From Veillonella dispar (GTDB taxonomy: Bacteria; Bacillota; Negativicutes; Veillonellales; Veillonellaceae): DNA of 40,000 nt. The position numbers were made by a program, and so were the translations under genes. Positions 8,855-17,248 of the stretch are shown here, in pieces. The DNA is taken from assembly GCF_900637515.1 (NCBI RefSeq), contig NZ_LR134375.1, positions 601,952 to 641,951 of the forward strand. The letters are read 5' to 3'. Under the pieces are notes generated by a model. That model worked only from the letters and a program-made list of their open reading frames with translations. It was not told where the DNA came from and searched no databases. The stretch's first letter is position 1. Every line of letters begins with the position of its first letter.

Positions 8855-10266
8855 TATTATCTCAGCTGTGGGACCGCATCATAAAAGGTTCCGCGACTAT
8901 GTCGGAACGCGAGTTCCTACAAGCACAACTGCGTAATTTTCTGGGTAGCGAACAGCGTAAAACGATGTGTACTGCTATCGATTATTATGACGGTAAACAT
9001 GACATTTTGAATAAGCAACGATATGTTATTGGTGAGGGTAATACGCGAATAGCGTTACAGGGTGTCCCTAACAATCAGATTGTGGATAACCGATTTGATG
9101 ATTTAGTAGACCAAAAGGTTAACTACTTATTGTCTAAGCCGTTGGATATTAACGCAGATGATGACGAGCTCGATAAGATGTTTGGTATTCAGTTCCAGCG
9201 TTTGTTGAAGTCTGTCGGTAAGTTCGCAACGATGGCGGGTAAGGCGTATATACACCCTTACATAGGCATCGACGGCACGCTAAAGTTTAAGATGATGAAA
9301 CCGCATCAGGTTTTACCATTTTGGGCAGATGAGGAGCACACACAACTAGATGCGTTCTTATACTTGTACGATATTGAGTACTACACAGGGTTAGAAACTA
9401 AGACCATTCATAAAGTGGAATACTACACACCGAATGGAATTCAGTATTACATATGGGATACGGAACGTTTACTTCCGGACCCCGATAAAGAAGATACTGC
9501 TAATTTTGCGATTGCCGATACACCTTATAACTGGGAACGTATTCCTCTCATTATGTTCCGTGCGAATGAATTCGAGCAACCGCTTATCGATAAGGTTAAA
9601 TCCTTGCAAGATGCACTTAACCGGTTACTATCTAACTTCCAGGATAATATGGAAGAAGATATCCGCAGCACAATTTTGATACTACAGAACTATGACGGCG
9701 AAAATCTAGCTGAGTTCCGTCAAAATCTTGCTTCGTATGGCGCGATTAAGGTTCGCACAGTAGATGGTGTCAACGGTGACGTGAAAGCCCTAAAAATAGA
9801 GGTGAATAGCGACAATTACCAATTACTGATTAACATTTTGCGTAAGGCTATTATCGAGAACGGACGGGGCTTTGATGCTAAGGACGATCGTATGGCTAAC
9901 AATCCAAATCAGATGAACATCATGTCCATGTACTCTGATATTGATTTAGATGCCAATGAAATGGAGCTAGAGTTTAAATCTAGCTTACACGATTTGATGT
10001 GGTTCGTTAACACGTATCGTGGTTTAACTAATCAAGATACAGTTGAAGAAGTGGACTTCATATTTAATCGTGACCTACCTATCAATGAAGGCGATACGAT
10101 TAATAACTGTAAAAATTCCGTTGGTATCATATCCAATGAAACCATTATTGCAAATCATCCTTGGACCACAGATGCTGCGGAAGAACTTGCAAAAGTAAAA
10201 AAGGAACAGTCCGAAGTAACAGCAGATTTTGTTGTACCGAACGGCGGTGAGGCAGATGGCGAATGA
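8851..10266 (+). CDS. Portal protein (SPP1 Gp6-like)
   Basis: 471 aa, directly after terL with overlapping stop and start. Acidic C-terminus. Called on size and position. Confidence 0.75.
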   Translation: MILSQLWDRIIKGSATMSEREFLQAQLRNFLGSEQRKTMCTAIDYYDGKHDILNKQRYVIGEGNTRIALQGVPNNQIVDNRFDDLVDQKVNYLLSKPLDINADDDELDKMFGIQFQRLLKSVGKFATMAGKAYIHPYIGIDGTLKFKMMKPHQVLPFWADEEHTQLDAFLYLYDIEYYTGLETKTIHKVEYYTPNGIQYYIWDTERLLPDPDKEDTANFAIADTPYNWERIPLIMFRANEFEQPLIDKVKSLQDALNRLLSNFQDNMEEDIRSTILILQNYDGENLAEFRQNLASYGAIKVRTVDGVNGDVKALKIEVNSDNYQLLINILRKAIIENGRGFDAKDDRMANNPNQMNIMSMYSDIDLDANEMELEFKSSLHDLMWFVNTYRGLTNQDTVEEVDFIFNRDLPINEGDTINNCKNSVGIISNETIIANHPWTTDAAEELAKVKKEQSEVTADFVVPNGGEADGE

Positions 10267-11278
10267 TTACTGGGAGAAACGATATGAGCGCTTACTAGAT
10301 GAATCGTTTCAAAAAGCGAATCTCACTGATGCGGAAATCAAAGCTAACTACGCCAGGGCGTTACGCAGGTTAGAAAAGGCTATCAACGATTGGTATCGCC
10401 GGTTCGCCACAGAAAACGGACTTCAATTAGCCGAAGCAAGGAAACTTCTGAACGCCTACGAGATGAAAGCCTTTAAAATGGATTTAGCTGAATTCAAGGC
10501 AGAGGCTAAGAAACTCGGCGTATCTGAAGAACACCAACAAATGCTATCGAACGCATCCATTCGTGAGCGGTTAAGCCGTGAACAGATGCTGTATATCAAT
10601 GTGGTTCACGAGCTCGAAATACTGGCTCAAAAGCAGAGTATTTCACTTAACGACTTATTGAAAGACGTGTATCAGTCCTCCGCGTATAAGTCCGCATATA
10701 CAGTGCAGACGCAACGCGGGGAATATTCACCTATTAATACGATTGATAGTAAGCGTGTTGATAGCGTGGTTCACAGTCAATGGGCGAGTGATGGCAAGGA
10801 CTTCAGTAGTAGGATTTGGGGCGATACAAGTAAGCTAGTAGCTAACTTGCAGAATGATTTCACCCAAGCCCTCATTATTGGGCAAGGGGCGGACACGATG
10901 GCAGATAATCTACATAAGCGGATGAAGACATCATACAGTAACGCTAAGCGATTAATCGAAACAGAGACGGCACGGGTTCACGAGCAAGGGTTTCTTGATA
11001 GTATGAAAGACCTAGATGTCGAGGAGTTAGAGATACTGGCTACACTCGATAGTCATACTTCTTCCATCTGCAGACACATGGACCGTAAACGTGTCAGAGT
11101 CGTTGACGCTAAACCGGGCGTAACGGTTCCGCCGTTCCATTGCTATTGCCGGTCAACTACAATTCCATATATCCCAGGACTCGAGGGCACTCGAACAGGT
11201 AGAAGTCAGAACGATAAGAGTACTGATTTTGATGGTGCGATTACCTACGAGGAATGGGAAAAAGAATATATCAATTAG
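10256..11278 (+). CDS. Minor head protein (Mu F / SPP1 gp7 family)
   Basis: ATG 10256 (MANDYWEKRYE) follows GGTGAGG. ETETARVHEQG and the C-terminal CRHMD...PPFHCYCRSTT are typical of the Mu-F-like head morphogenesis family. Confidence 0.75.
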   Translation: MANDYWEKRYERLLDESFQKANLTDAEIKANYARALRRLEKAINDWYRRFATENGLQLAEARKLLNAYEMKAFKMDLAEFKAEAKKLGVSEEHQQMLSNASIRERLSREQMLYINVVHELEILAQKQSISLNDLLKDVYQSSAYKSAYTVQTQRGEYSPINTIDSKRVDSVVHSQWASDGKDFSSRIWGDTSKLVANLQNDFTQALIIGQGADTMADNLHKRMKTSYSNAKRLIETETARVHEQGFLDSMKDLDVEELEILATLDSHTSSICRHMDRKRVRVVDAKPGVTVPPFHCYCRSTTIPYIPGLEGTRTGRSQNDKSTDFDGAITYEEWEKEYIN

Positions 11279-11301
11279 CAGCGGAAACGCTGCTTTTTTA
11301 T
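11278..11301 (+). terminator. Intrinsic terminator
   Basis: AGCAGCG gaaa CGCTGCT followed by TTTTTTA. Confidence 0.65.
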
Positions 11302-11400
11302 TGCCATTTTAGTATTGTTGGGCGATAACTAACAAGACCGTAGCCGTGAGGTGTGGCTCACGAAAATAAAGCGAAATGGGTATTTTTTAAGGAGGTCACT

Positions 11401-12015
11401 ATGACTAAGGAAGAATTGTTAGCACTAGGATTAACTGAAGAACAGACTGCTAAGGTCGTTGAAGACTATGGCAAGAATTATGTGTCTAAGGATCAATTCA
11501 ATGCTAAAAACGAGGAACTCAAATCCGTAAAAGGGGAACTCACGACTCTTAATAGCGAGATTGATAACCTCAAAAAATCTAATGCAGATAATGCGGAGCT
11601 TGCGAAACAAATTGAAACGATGAAAGCTGATGCAGAAACTCGTAAAGCTGAATACGAGGGTAAAATCGCACAACTTGAAATCGACAATATTGTTAACGTA
11701 GCATTGTCCAACGCAAAAGCTAAAAACAACGTTGCGGTCCGTGCACTCTTGGATTTAACCGGTGCAAAAGTGAAGGACGGCAAAATTAAAGGATTAGATG
11801 AACAACTTGCAGAAGTTGCCAAAGCTAATCCTTATTTATTTGGGGAAGCGTCTGCCCCTAAAGGTGTAGCGCCTGGTAATCCTGGCGGTAAAGCACCAAG
11901 CAGCGCAGTAACTAAAGAAGACTTCGCTAAAATGACATACTCTCAACGTGCGGAGTTATTCGCAAACGACATTGATCTTTACCATTCATTAACAGGAGGA
12001 AACGCTAATGAATAA
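11401..12015 (+). CDS. Head scaffolding protein (GP20-like, coiled coil)
   Basis: ATG 11401 follows AAGGAGG. The sequence is Lys/Glu/Ala-rich and predicted coiled coil. It lies immediately upstream of the capsid gene. Confidence 0.7.
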   Translation: MTKEELLALGLTEEQTAKVVEDYGKNYVSKDQFNAKNEELKSVKGELTTLNSEIDNLKKSNADNAELAKQIETMKADAETRKAEYEGKIAQLEIDNIVNVALSNAKAKNNVAVRALLDLTGAKVKDGKIKGLDEQLAEVAKANPYLFGEASAPKGVAPGNPGGKAPSSAVTKEDFAKMTYSQRAELFANDIDLYHSLTGGNANE

Positions 12016-12892
12016 ACAATTCTCTTTTAATTTACAAACATTCGCAGCAGGTCCTACGCAAACTGCTAATGTAGTTAACCCTCAAGTAATGGCGGACATG
12101 GTATCCGCAGGTTTACCAAAAGCTATTAAATTTACTTCTATCGCTAAAATCGATAACAAATTGGCAGGCGTGCCAGGTAACGAAATCACTATTCCAGCAT
12201 GGGGCTACATCGGTGACGCGGAAGACATCGCAGAAGGCGTAGAAGTAACTGCAACTCAAATGTCCACATCCGTCGCTAAAGCTAAAATTAAAAAAGCAAT
12301 GAAACGCGTTGACATCACAGACGAAGCTAAATTGTCCGGTTATGGCGACCCAGTAGGCGAAGCTACTCATCAATTACGTTTGTCCTTGGCTTCTAAAATC
12401 GACCAAGATGTAGTAACAGCTCTTGGCGGTGCTACTCTTGCAGTAACTGATACTAAAGTTATCTCCTATGAAGGTATCGTTAACGCAGTAGACAAATTGA
12501 ACGAAGAAGACTACGTTGAAAAATATTTGTTCGTAGCACCTTCTCAAATTACTGCACTTCGTAAAGACCCTAACTTCATCGACAAAACAAAATACGGTAA
12601 CGACGTTATGATGACTGGTGAAATCGGTATGATTGCCGGCTGTCGTGTTGTAACATCTCGCCGCATCAATGATACTGGCGCAACTATCGACAACTTCATC
12701 GTTGGCGTATCTGCAGAAGTGGAAGATGGTACTCCTGTATTACCTGCTGTAACAATTTACATTAAACGTGACGTTGTTGTTGAATACGATCGTGTTCCTG
12801 AAAAAGGTATCGACAAATTCGTTGCTAACGAACACTACGTTGTTGCGTTGACTAACCAATCCAAAGTTGTAAAAGCTACATTCAAAAAATAG
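12008..12892 (+). CDS. Major capsid protein
   Basis: 294 aa, follows the scaffold gene with an overlapping stop, strongly expressed-type codon usage. Called on position. Confidence 0.75.
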   Translation: MNKQFSFNLQTFAAGPTQTANVVNPQVMADMVSAGLPKAIKFTSIAKIDNKLAGVPGNEITIPAWGYIGDAEDIAEGVEVTATQMSTSVAKAKIKKAMKRVDITDEAKLSGYGDPVGEATHQLRLSLASKIDQDVVTALGGATLAVTDTKVISYEGIVNAVDKLNEEDYVEKYLFVAPSQITALRKDPNFIDKTKYGNDVMMTGEIGMIAGCRVVTSRRINDTGATIDNFIVGVSAEVEDGTPVLPAVTIYIKRDVVVEYDRVPEKGIDKFVANEHYVVALTNQSKVVKATFKK

Positions 12893-12895
12893 TAG

Positions 12896-13273
12896 GTGAA
12901 TAATATGACCACGAAAGAGACAGTTTTACAAATTCTTGAATCGTGGCTCGGGTATGATGCAATTTCTGATATAAATATCATTGAGTATATGATTGATGCG
13001 GAAACACAACATATCCTCAATGATATCAATCAGAAGGAATTACCTAGCGAATTACAGCACGTTCTCGTATATCGTGTAATTGGCAGCTATATCACCACAA
13101 ACAAAAATAAATTGATTGAAGCCGACGGAGAAATGGCGAGCTCCATTAAAATGGGCGATACTGAAGTTCAATTTAAAGGAACCGACAAGGCATCCCGTCT
13201 CCAAGAATTGGACACCGCTTTGAGTGGATATGGAAGGGGTGACCTAGCATGCTTCCGACGGCTAAGATGGTAG
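12896..13273 (+). CDS. Head-tail connector protein (gp6-like)
   Basis: Size and position after the capsid gene. GTG start. Confidence 0.5.
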   Translation: MNNMTTKETVLQILESWLGYDAISDINIIEYMIDAETQHILNDINQKELPSELQHVLVYRVIGSYITTNKNKLIEADGEMASSIKMGDTEVQFKGTDKASRLQELDTALSGYGRGDLACFRRLRW

Positions 13274-13620
13274 ACGCTGCTAGAAAGCAGTTAGAACGAT
13301 TATACGATTGTACGTGTTATGTTATCTCCGAAGTGGATGCAATGGACCCCGATACTGGAATTATGAGTAAAACTGCCAGTAGAGAGGGTCCTTTTGCTTG
13401 TAGAATTAGCTATAAAACTCTCTCTACAGGTCAAATCGCTGAGATTGCGAAATTTAGTACCACCACGGTACTTTTCACCGCTCCGGAGGTAATCATACCT
13501 AATGGGGCTCGAATCGAGCTTATAGGGCGAAATACGAAGCAACTTTTTCGCAGTGCCTCGATTTCTGCACGATATGACACCCACCAAGAGGTGCAACTCG
13601 AAAATTTAGAGGTGCATTGA
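13249..13620 (+). CDS. Head closure / head-tail adaptor protein
   Basis: Position in the head-tail joining block, with overlapping gene ends. Confidence 0.45.
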   Translation: MLPTAKMVDAARKQLERLYDCTCYVISEVDAMDPDTGIMSKTASREGPFACRISYKTLSTGQIAEIAKFSTTTVLFTAPEVIIPNGARIELIGRNTKQLFRSASISARYDTHQEVQLENLEVH

Positions 13621-13621
13621 C

Positions 13622-14140
13622 ATGGGTGTTGAATTTAACATGGAAGATTTTGCTGAATTTAATCGAAGCCTGGTCAAACTGAGTCAATCAGGTAGCCTTC
13701 AGAATTTCAACAAGCAAGTTGTGAAGGAAATGGCCAGCGTGTATGTGCGTGAAGCTAAATTGAATACACCAGTCGGGAAACGATCGGTTAAATTCATGCA
13801 AAATGGTCAAGTACAAACAAAGTACTTTGATAGCGAGCATACTCGCCAATCGTGGAGTGTTGGTAGATATCGACTGGACGATAGAACCGGACGGGTTAGG
13901 GTGTTTAACACATCCTCTTACGCCTCGTTTTTAAATGATGGGCATCGGCAAGAAGTTGGGAGATTTCTTCCGTGGATAGGCCAATCTAAAGGTGGAGTAA
14001 TGCAAGGCGGTAGACTGAAAAAGCCTTGGGTAGATGGTGCGTACATGCACGAGAAAGCTGAAAAGGCACTCAGTAAAAACGCTAAACGTATTATGGAAAT
14101 TGCATTAAAGAAATGGATTGAAAAGCATGGTGGATTCTGA
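13622..14140 (+). CDS. HK97 gp10-like head-tail joining protein
   Basis: The N-terminal pattern FNRSLVKL...VVKEMASVYVREAKLNTPVGK resembles the HK97 gp10 family. Position also fits. Confidence 0.5.
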   Translation: MGVEFNMEDFAEFNRSLVKLSQSGSLQNFNKQVVKEMASVYVREAKLNTPVGKRSVKFMQNGQVQTKYFDSEHTRQSWSVGRYRLDDRTGRVRVFNTSSYASFLNDGHRQEVGRFLPWIGQSKGGVMQGGRLKKPWVDGAYMHEKAEKALSKNAKRIMEIALKKWIEKHGGF

Positions 14141-14564
14141 TGTATTAACAGCCGTATCTAAAGCCGTACATACGGCACTTAACGTGCCTATATACCTAGA
14201 ATTCAAAGAAAACAATATGACATTCCCCTGCGCATATATCAAGCTGATTGAACCTAGTATGGGTAGACATGTCGGTGATCTTTACAATACTTCTTTGGAT
14301 TTAGACATCATGTATTACGCCAATAATCTTGATGTGGTTACTGATACGCGAAAACTCATTGATATTCCTAGTGTGCTGTACCTACTGCTTGAATTTGTAC
14401 AAGTTGGGGAACGTACAATTATGGGCACTGGCATGAAATATAAGATTTCAGACGGTGTGCTGCACTTCTTCGTGACGTATGAAAACATACTCCGGAAAGT
14501 GGCCAAACCCGTCGAGCGGATGAAGCACATGGAATTAACGGAAAGGGTAAAAGATGGCAGATGA
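14127..14564 (+). CDS. Tail completion / hypothetical structural protein
   Basis: Called on position. ATG 14127 is preferred to the tracked TTG 14118. Confidence 0.4.
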   Translation: MVDSDVLTAVSKAVHTALNVPIYLEFKENNMTFPCAYIKLIEPSMGRHVGDLYNTSLDLDIMYYANNLDVVTDTRKLIDIPSVLYLLLEFVQVGERTIMGTGMKYKISDGVLHFFVTYENILRKVAKPVERMKHMELTERVKDGR

Positions 14565-14745
14565 AAAAGAAACAGTCGAAGTAACGGCTGAACAACAATT
14601 TGATGCTTACGCTATCATTGCATCTGACAAGTACAGACGGTATCGTGATTTACTCACTTGCCTTCTTAACGAAGATGAAATGTATACGGAAAGCGACATT
14701 GATAAGATTTTAAATCAGGCATTAAACACGCCTGTGAAAGGTTAG
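14554..14745 (+). CDS. Small hypothetical structural-module protein
   Basis: 63-aa ORF translationally coupled between neighbouring genes. Confidence 0.4.
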   Translation: MADEKETVEVTAEQQFDAYAIIASDKYRRYRDLLTCLLNEDEMYTESDIDKILNQALNTPVKG

Positions 14746-14751
14746 TGAAAT

Positions 14752-16107
14752 ATGGCATTAGGTGGTGGCACATTCTTATTCCACAATAAAGTATTGCCAG
14801 GTACTTATATTAACTTCGTATCCAAAGACCGAGCATATGCAGAAGTATCTGACCGTGGCTTTGGCGCGATGATGCTCTCCTTTGATTGGGGCCCAAGTGG
14901 CGAAGTGTTCCGTGTAGATAACGACACATTCCAAAAGGATTGCCAAAAATACTTTGGTTATGACTACGGCCATGACAAAATGAAGGGCTTACGTGACTTG
15001 TTCCGTGGCTTGAAAACTGGTTACTTCTACCGCTTAAACTCTGACGGTGCGCAAGCTACAAGCACAATCGGTAAAGCAAAATATAAAGGTATTCGTGGTA
15101 ACGATTTGGGTGTATCTGTTCAAGCTGATCCAGATAACACAGGTAAATTTATCGTAACTACTTACCTCACTACAGGCGATGTTCGTAAGGCAGTAGATAT
15201 TCAAAAGAACTTGAAGAATGCGACAGAACTGCAAGATAACGATTACATCGTATTCACTAAAACTGGCGCATTAACTACTACAGCTTATACTGCACTATCC
15301 GGTGGTACTAACGGCTCCACAATCACCGTTAAGAACTACCAAGACGGCATTGATATGCTTGAACCTTACTACTTCAATACGTTGGGTTACGCAGGTGCGG
15401 ACGACACAATTAAGAACTTACTTATTGCATTTACTAAACGTTGCCGTGAACAAAGTGGCGCTAAATTCCAATTAGTGATTCATGGTAAGACCGGGGTCAA
15501 CTATGAAGGTGTTATCTCCATCCTTAATGACGTAACCGATGAAGGTGCCGAAAGAGGCTCTTTGGTGTACTGGACATTAGGTCAAGAAGCATCTTGCAAT
15601 ATCAATGCTACAGTAGGCAATATGATTTATGATGGTGAATACACTGTAAACGTTAAGTACAAACAGTTCGAACTCGAACAAGCTATCAAAGATGGTATGT
15701 TTATGTTCCACAATGTCACTGACTCCGTTGGTGGTAATATCCAAGGCGACGTACGTGTATTGAAAGACATCAACACATTTACTGAATTCAGTAAAGCTAA
15801 AAACCGCGACTTCTCCCTTAACCAAGTCATTCGTGTATTGGATAACTGGGCAGTTGACGGCGCTAGACTGTTCAATAAAACACATCTTGATAAATCCCCT
15901 AATGACCAAGCTGGTCGTGAGTCCTTATGGGGCGACCTTGTATATCTTGCTGAGCAATACCAAAAGGTACGTGCTATCCAAAACTTCGATGATAAGGATA
16001 TCCCAGTACCTACACAAGGCGATAACAAGGAAGATGTATTGGTTAACGTACAATTACAGCCAACTGTGGCTATGGAAAAATTGTACATGACTGTTGTAGT
16101 AGCCTAG
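14752..16107 (+). CDS. Tail sheath protein (XkdK-like)
   Basis: 451 aa, followed by tube, chaperone and tape-measure genes in PBSX order. Confidence 0.8.
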   Translation: MALGGGTFLFHNKVLPGTYINFVSKDRAYAEVSDRGFGAMMLSFDWGPSGEVFRVDNDTFQKDCQKYFGYDYGHDKMKGLRDLFRGLKTGYFYRLNSDGAQATSTIGKAKYKGIRGNDLGVSVQADPDNTGKFIVTTYLTTGDVRKAVDIQKNLKNATELQDNDYIVFTKTGALTTTAYTALSGGTNGSTITVKNYQDGIDMLEPYYFNTLGYAGADDTIKNLLIAFTKRCREQSGAKFQLVIHGKTGVNYEGVISILNDVTDEGAERGSLVYWTLGQEASCNINATVGNMIYDGEYTVNVKYKQFELEQAIKDGMFMFHNVTDSVGGNIQGDVRVLKDINTFTEFSKAKNRDFSLNQVIRVLDNWAVDGARLFNKTHLDKSPNDQAGRESLWGDLVYLAEQYQKVRAIQNFDDKDIPVPTQGDNKEDVLVNVQLQPTVAMEKLYMTVVVA

Positions 16108-16118
16108 GAGGATAACGT

Positions 16119-16613
16119 ATGGAAAATGAAATTTTAGATGCATTGAAAACGATGGATGCAGCTGACGTTGTTTCTTCTAAATTAGCGTCTTGCTATATCG
16201 TAGAGAACGGTAACCGATACTTACTGTTTCAAGCTAAGAAACTTAGCGCAAAAATTAAAAAGAATAAAGAAAAAGTGGCAATCTTGGGCCGTATTGGTGC
16301 GGGTAATAAGTCTACCTCCGTAGAATACAGCGGTAGCTTAACGATTTACCACAACACAGCTTTATTCGATAAGATGGTTGAAAAATACTTGAAAACCGGT
16401 GTGGATACATACTTTGACATGCAAGTAGTAAACAACGATCCAACATCTAAAGCAGGTCGCCGTTCTGTAATTCTAAAAGGTGTGAACCTTGACGAATTAA
16501 CAGCAGCTGAATTTGACGCTGAAGGCAAATACATCGAACAAGAACACAACTTCACTTATGAAGGTGTTAAATATGTTCAACACTTTAATGAATTAGACGG
16601 GATGCAAGCCTAG
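16119..16613 (+). CDS. Tail tube protein (XkdM-like)
   Basis: 164 aa, directly after the sheath gene. Confidence 0.75.
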   Translation: MENEILDALKTMDAADVVSSKLASCYIVENGNRYLLFQAKKLSAKIKKNKEKVAILGRIGAGNKSTSVEYSGSLTIYHNTALFDKMVEKYLKTGVDTYFDMQVVNNDPTSKAGRRSVILKGVNLDELTAAEFDAEGKYIEQEHNFTYEGVKYVQHFNELDGMQA

Positions 16614-16632
16614 AGCTTGCTCCCTTTTTTTT
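16599..16632 (+). terminator. Intrinsic terminator overlapping the tube stop codon
   Basis: GGGA-t-GCAAGC ctaga GCTTGC-TCCC followed by T8 (16625-16632). Confidence 0.65.
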
Positions 16633-16646
16633 AGGAGGTTTTTACA

Positions 16647-17075
16647 ATGGCTGAAAATTTAAGCGCATTCCTTAAACAAAACGTTGATGTAGTCAATGAG
16701 ACTGAATACGTAGCATCTAAACGTATCAAAGTGAATGGTGAGCCAGTAGCATGGAAGATTAAAACATTAGCTACTGACGAAACAGAAAAGATGCGTAAGA
16801 AATACACTAAACGTATTACAGACCGCATCACTCGTCAATCTGAAGAACGCTTCGATGCGACTGCATACAACGAAGATGTGCTATCTAAGGCAATCACTTA
16901 TCCTAATCTTTATGATGCGGAACTTCAAGATAGCTGGGGTGTTACTGAACCAGTTGAGCTCGTAAAAGCAATGCTCACACCAGGTGAATACGCTGACCTT
17001 TTGGCAGCAGTAACAGAAGCCCAAGGCTATGATGTAGGCATGGAAGATAAGGTAAAAGAAGTAAAAAACTCCTAG
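16647..17075 (+). CDS. Tail assembly chaperone (XkdN-like), zero-frame product
   Basis: AGGAGG RBS, located between the tube and tape-measure genes, acidic C-terminus. Confidence 0.75.
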   Translation: MAENLSAFLKQNVDVVNETEYVASKRIKVNGEPVAWKIKTLATDETEKMRKKYTKRITDRITRQSEERFDATAYNEDVLSKAITYPNLYDAELQDSWGVTEPVELVKAMLTPGEYADLLAAVTEAQGYDVGMEDKVKEVKNS

Positions 17076-17245
17076 AATCCAATGAAACAGAAACGATGTT
17101 CGCATATTTGGCATTTGTTAAATACCATATGCGACCTTCTGTTTTTGCGGATATGGACATGAATGAAAAGGCTGTAGTAATTGCCTTTATTCAGCAACAT
17201 GCTAAAGATGAGCAAGATGAAATGAATAAGGCAAAAAGGGGGTAA
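17051..17245 (+). CDS. -1 frame extension of the tail assembly chaperone (G-T-like frameshift product)
   Basis: The -1 frame is open 17051-17245. The slippery heptamer A_AAA_AAC at 17063-17069 lies in the correct phase 4 nt before the zero-frame stop. The extension ends 3 nt before the tape-measure ATG. Confidence 0.65.
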   Translation, partial: GKRSKKLLESNETETMFAYLAFVKYHMRPSVFADMDMNEKAVVIAFIQQHAKDEQDEMNKAKRG

Positions 17246-17248
17246 TGA

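Noticed and set aside
15627-16088. 153-codon minus-strand ORF and other shadow ORFs inside the sheath gene
   Set aside because: They are fully contained in a well-supported structural gene on the opposite strand, with no RBS and no recognisable motifs.
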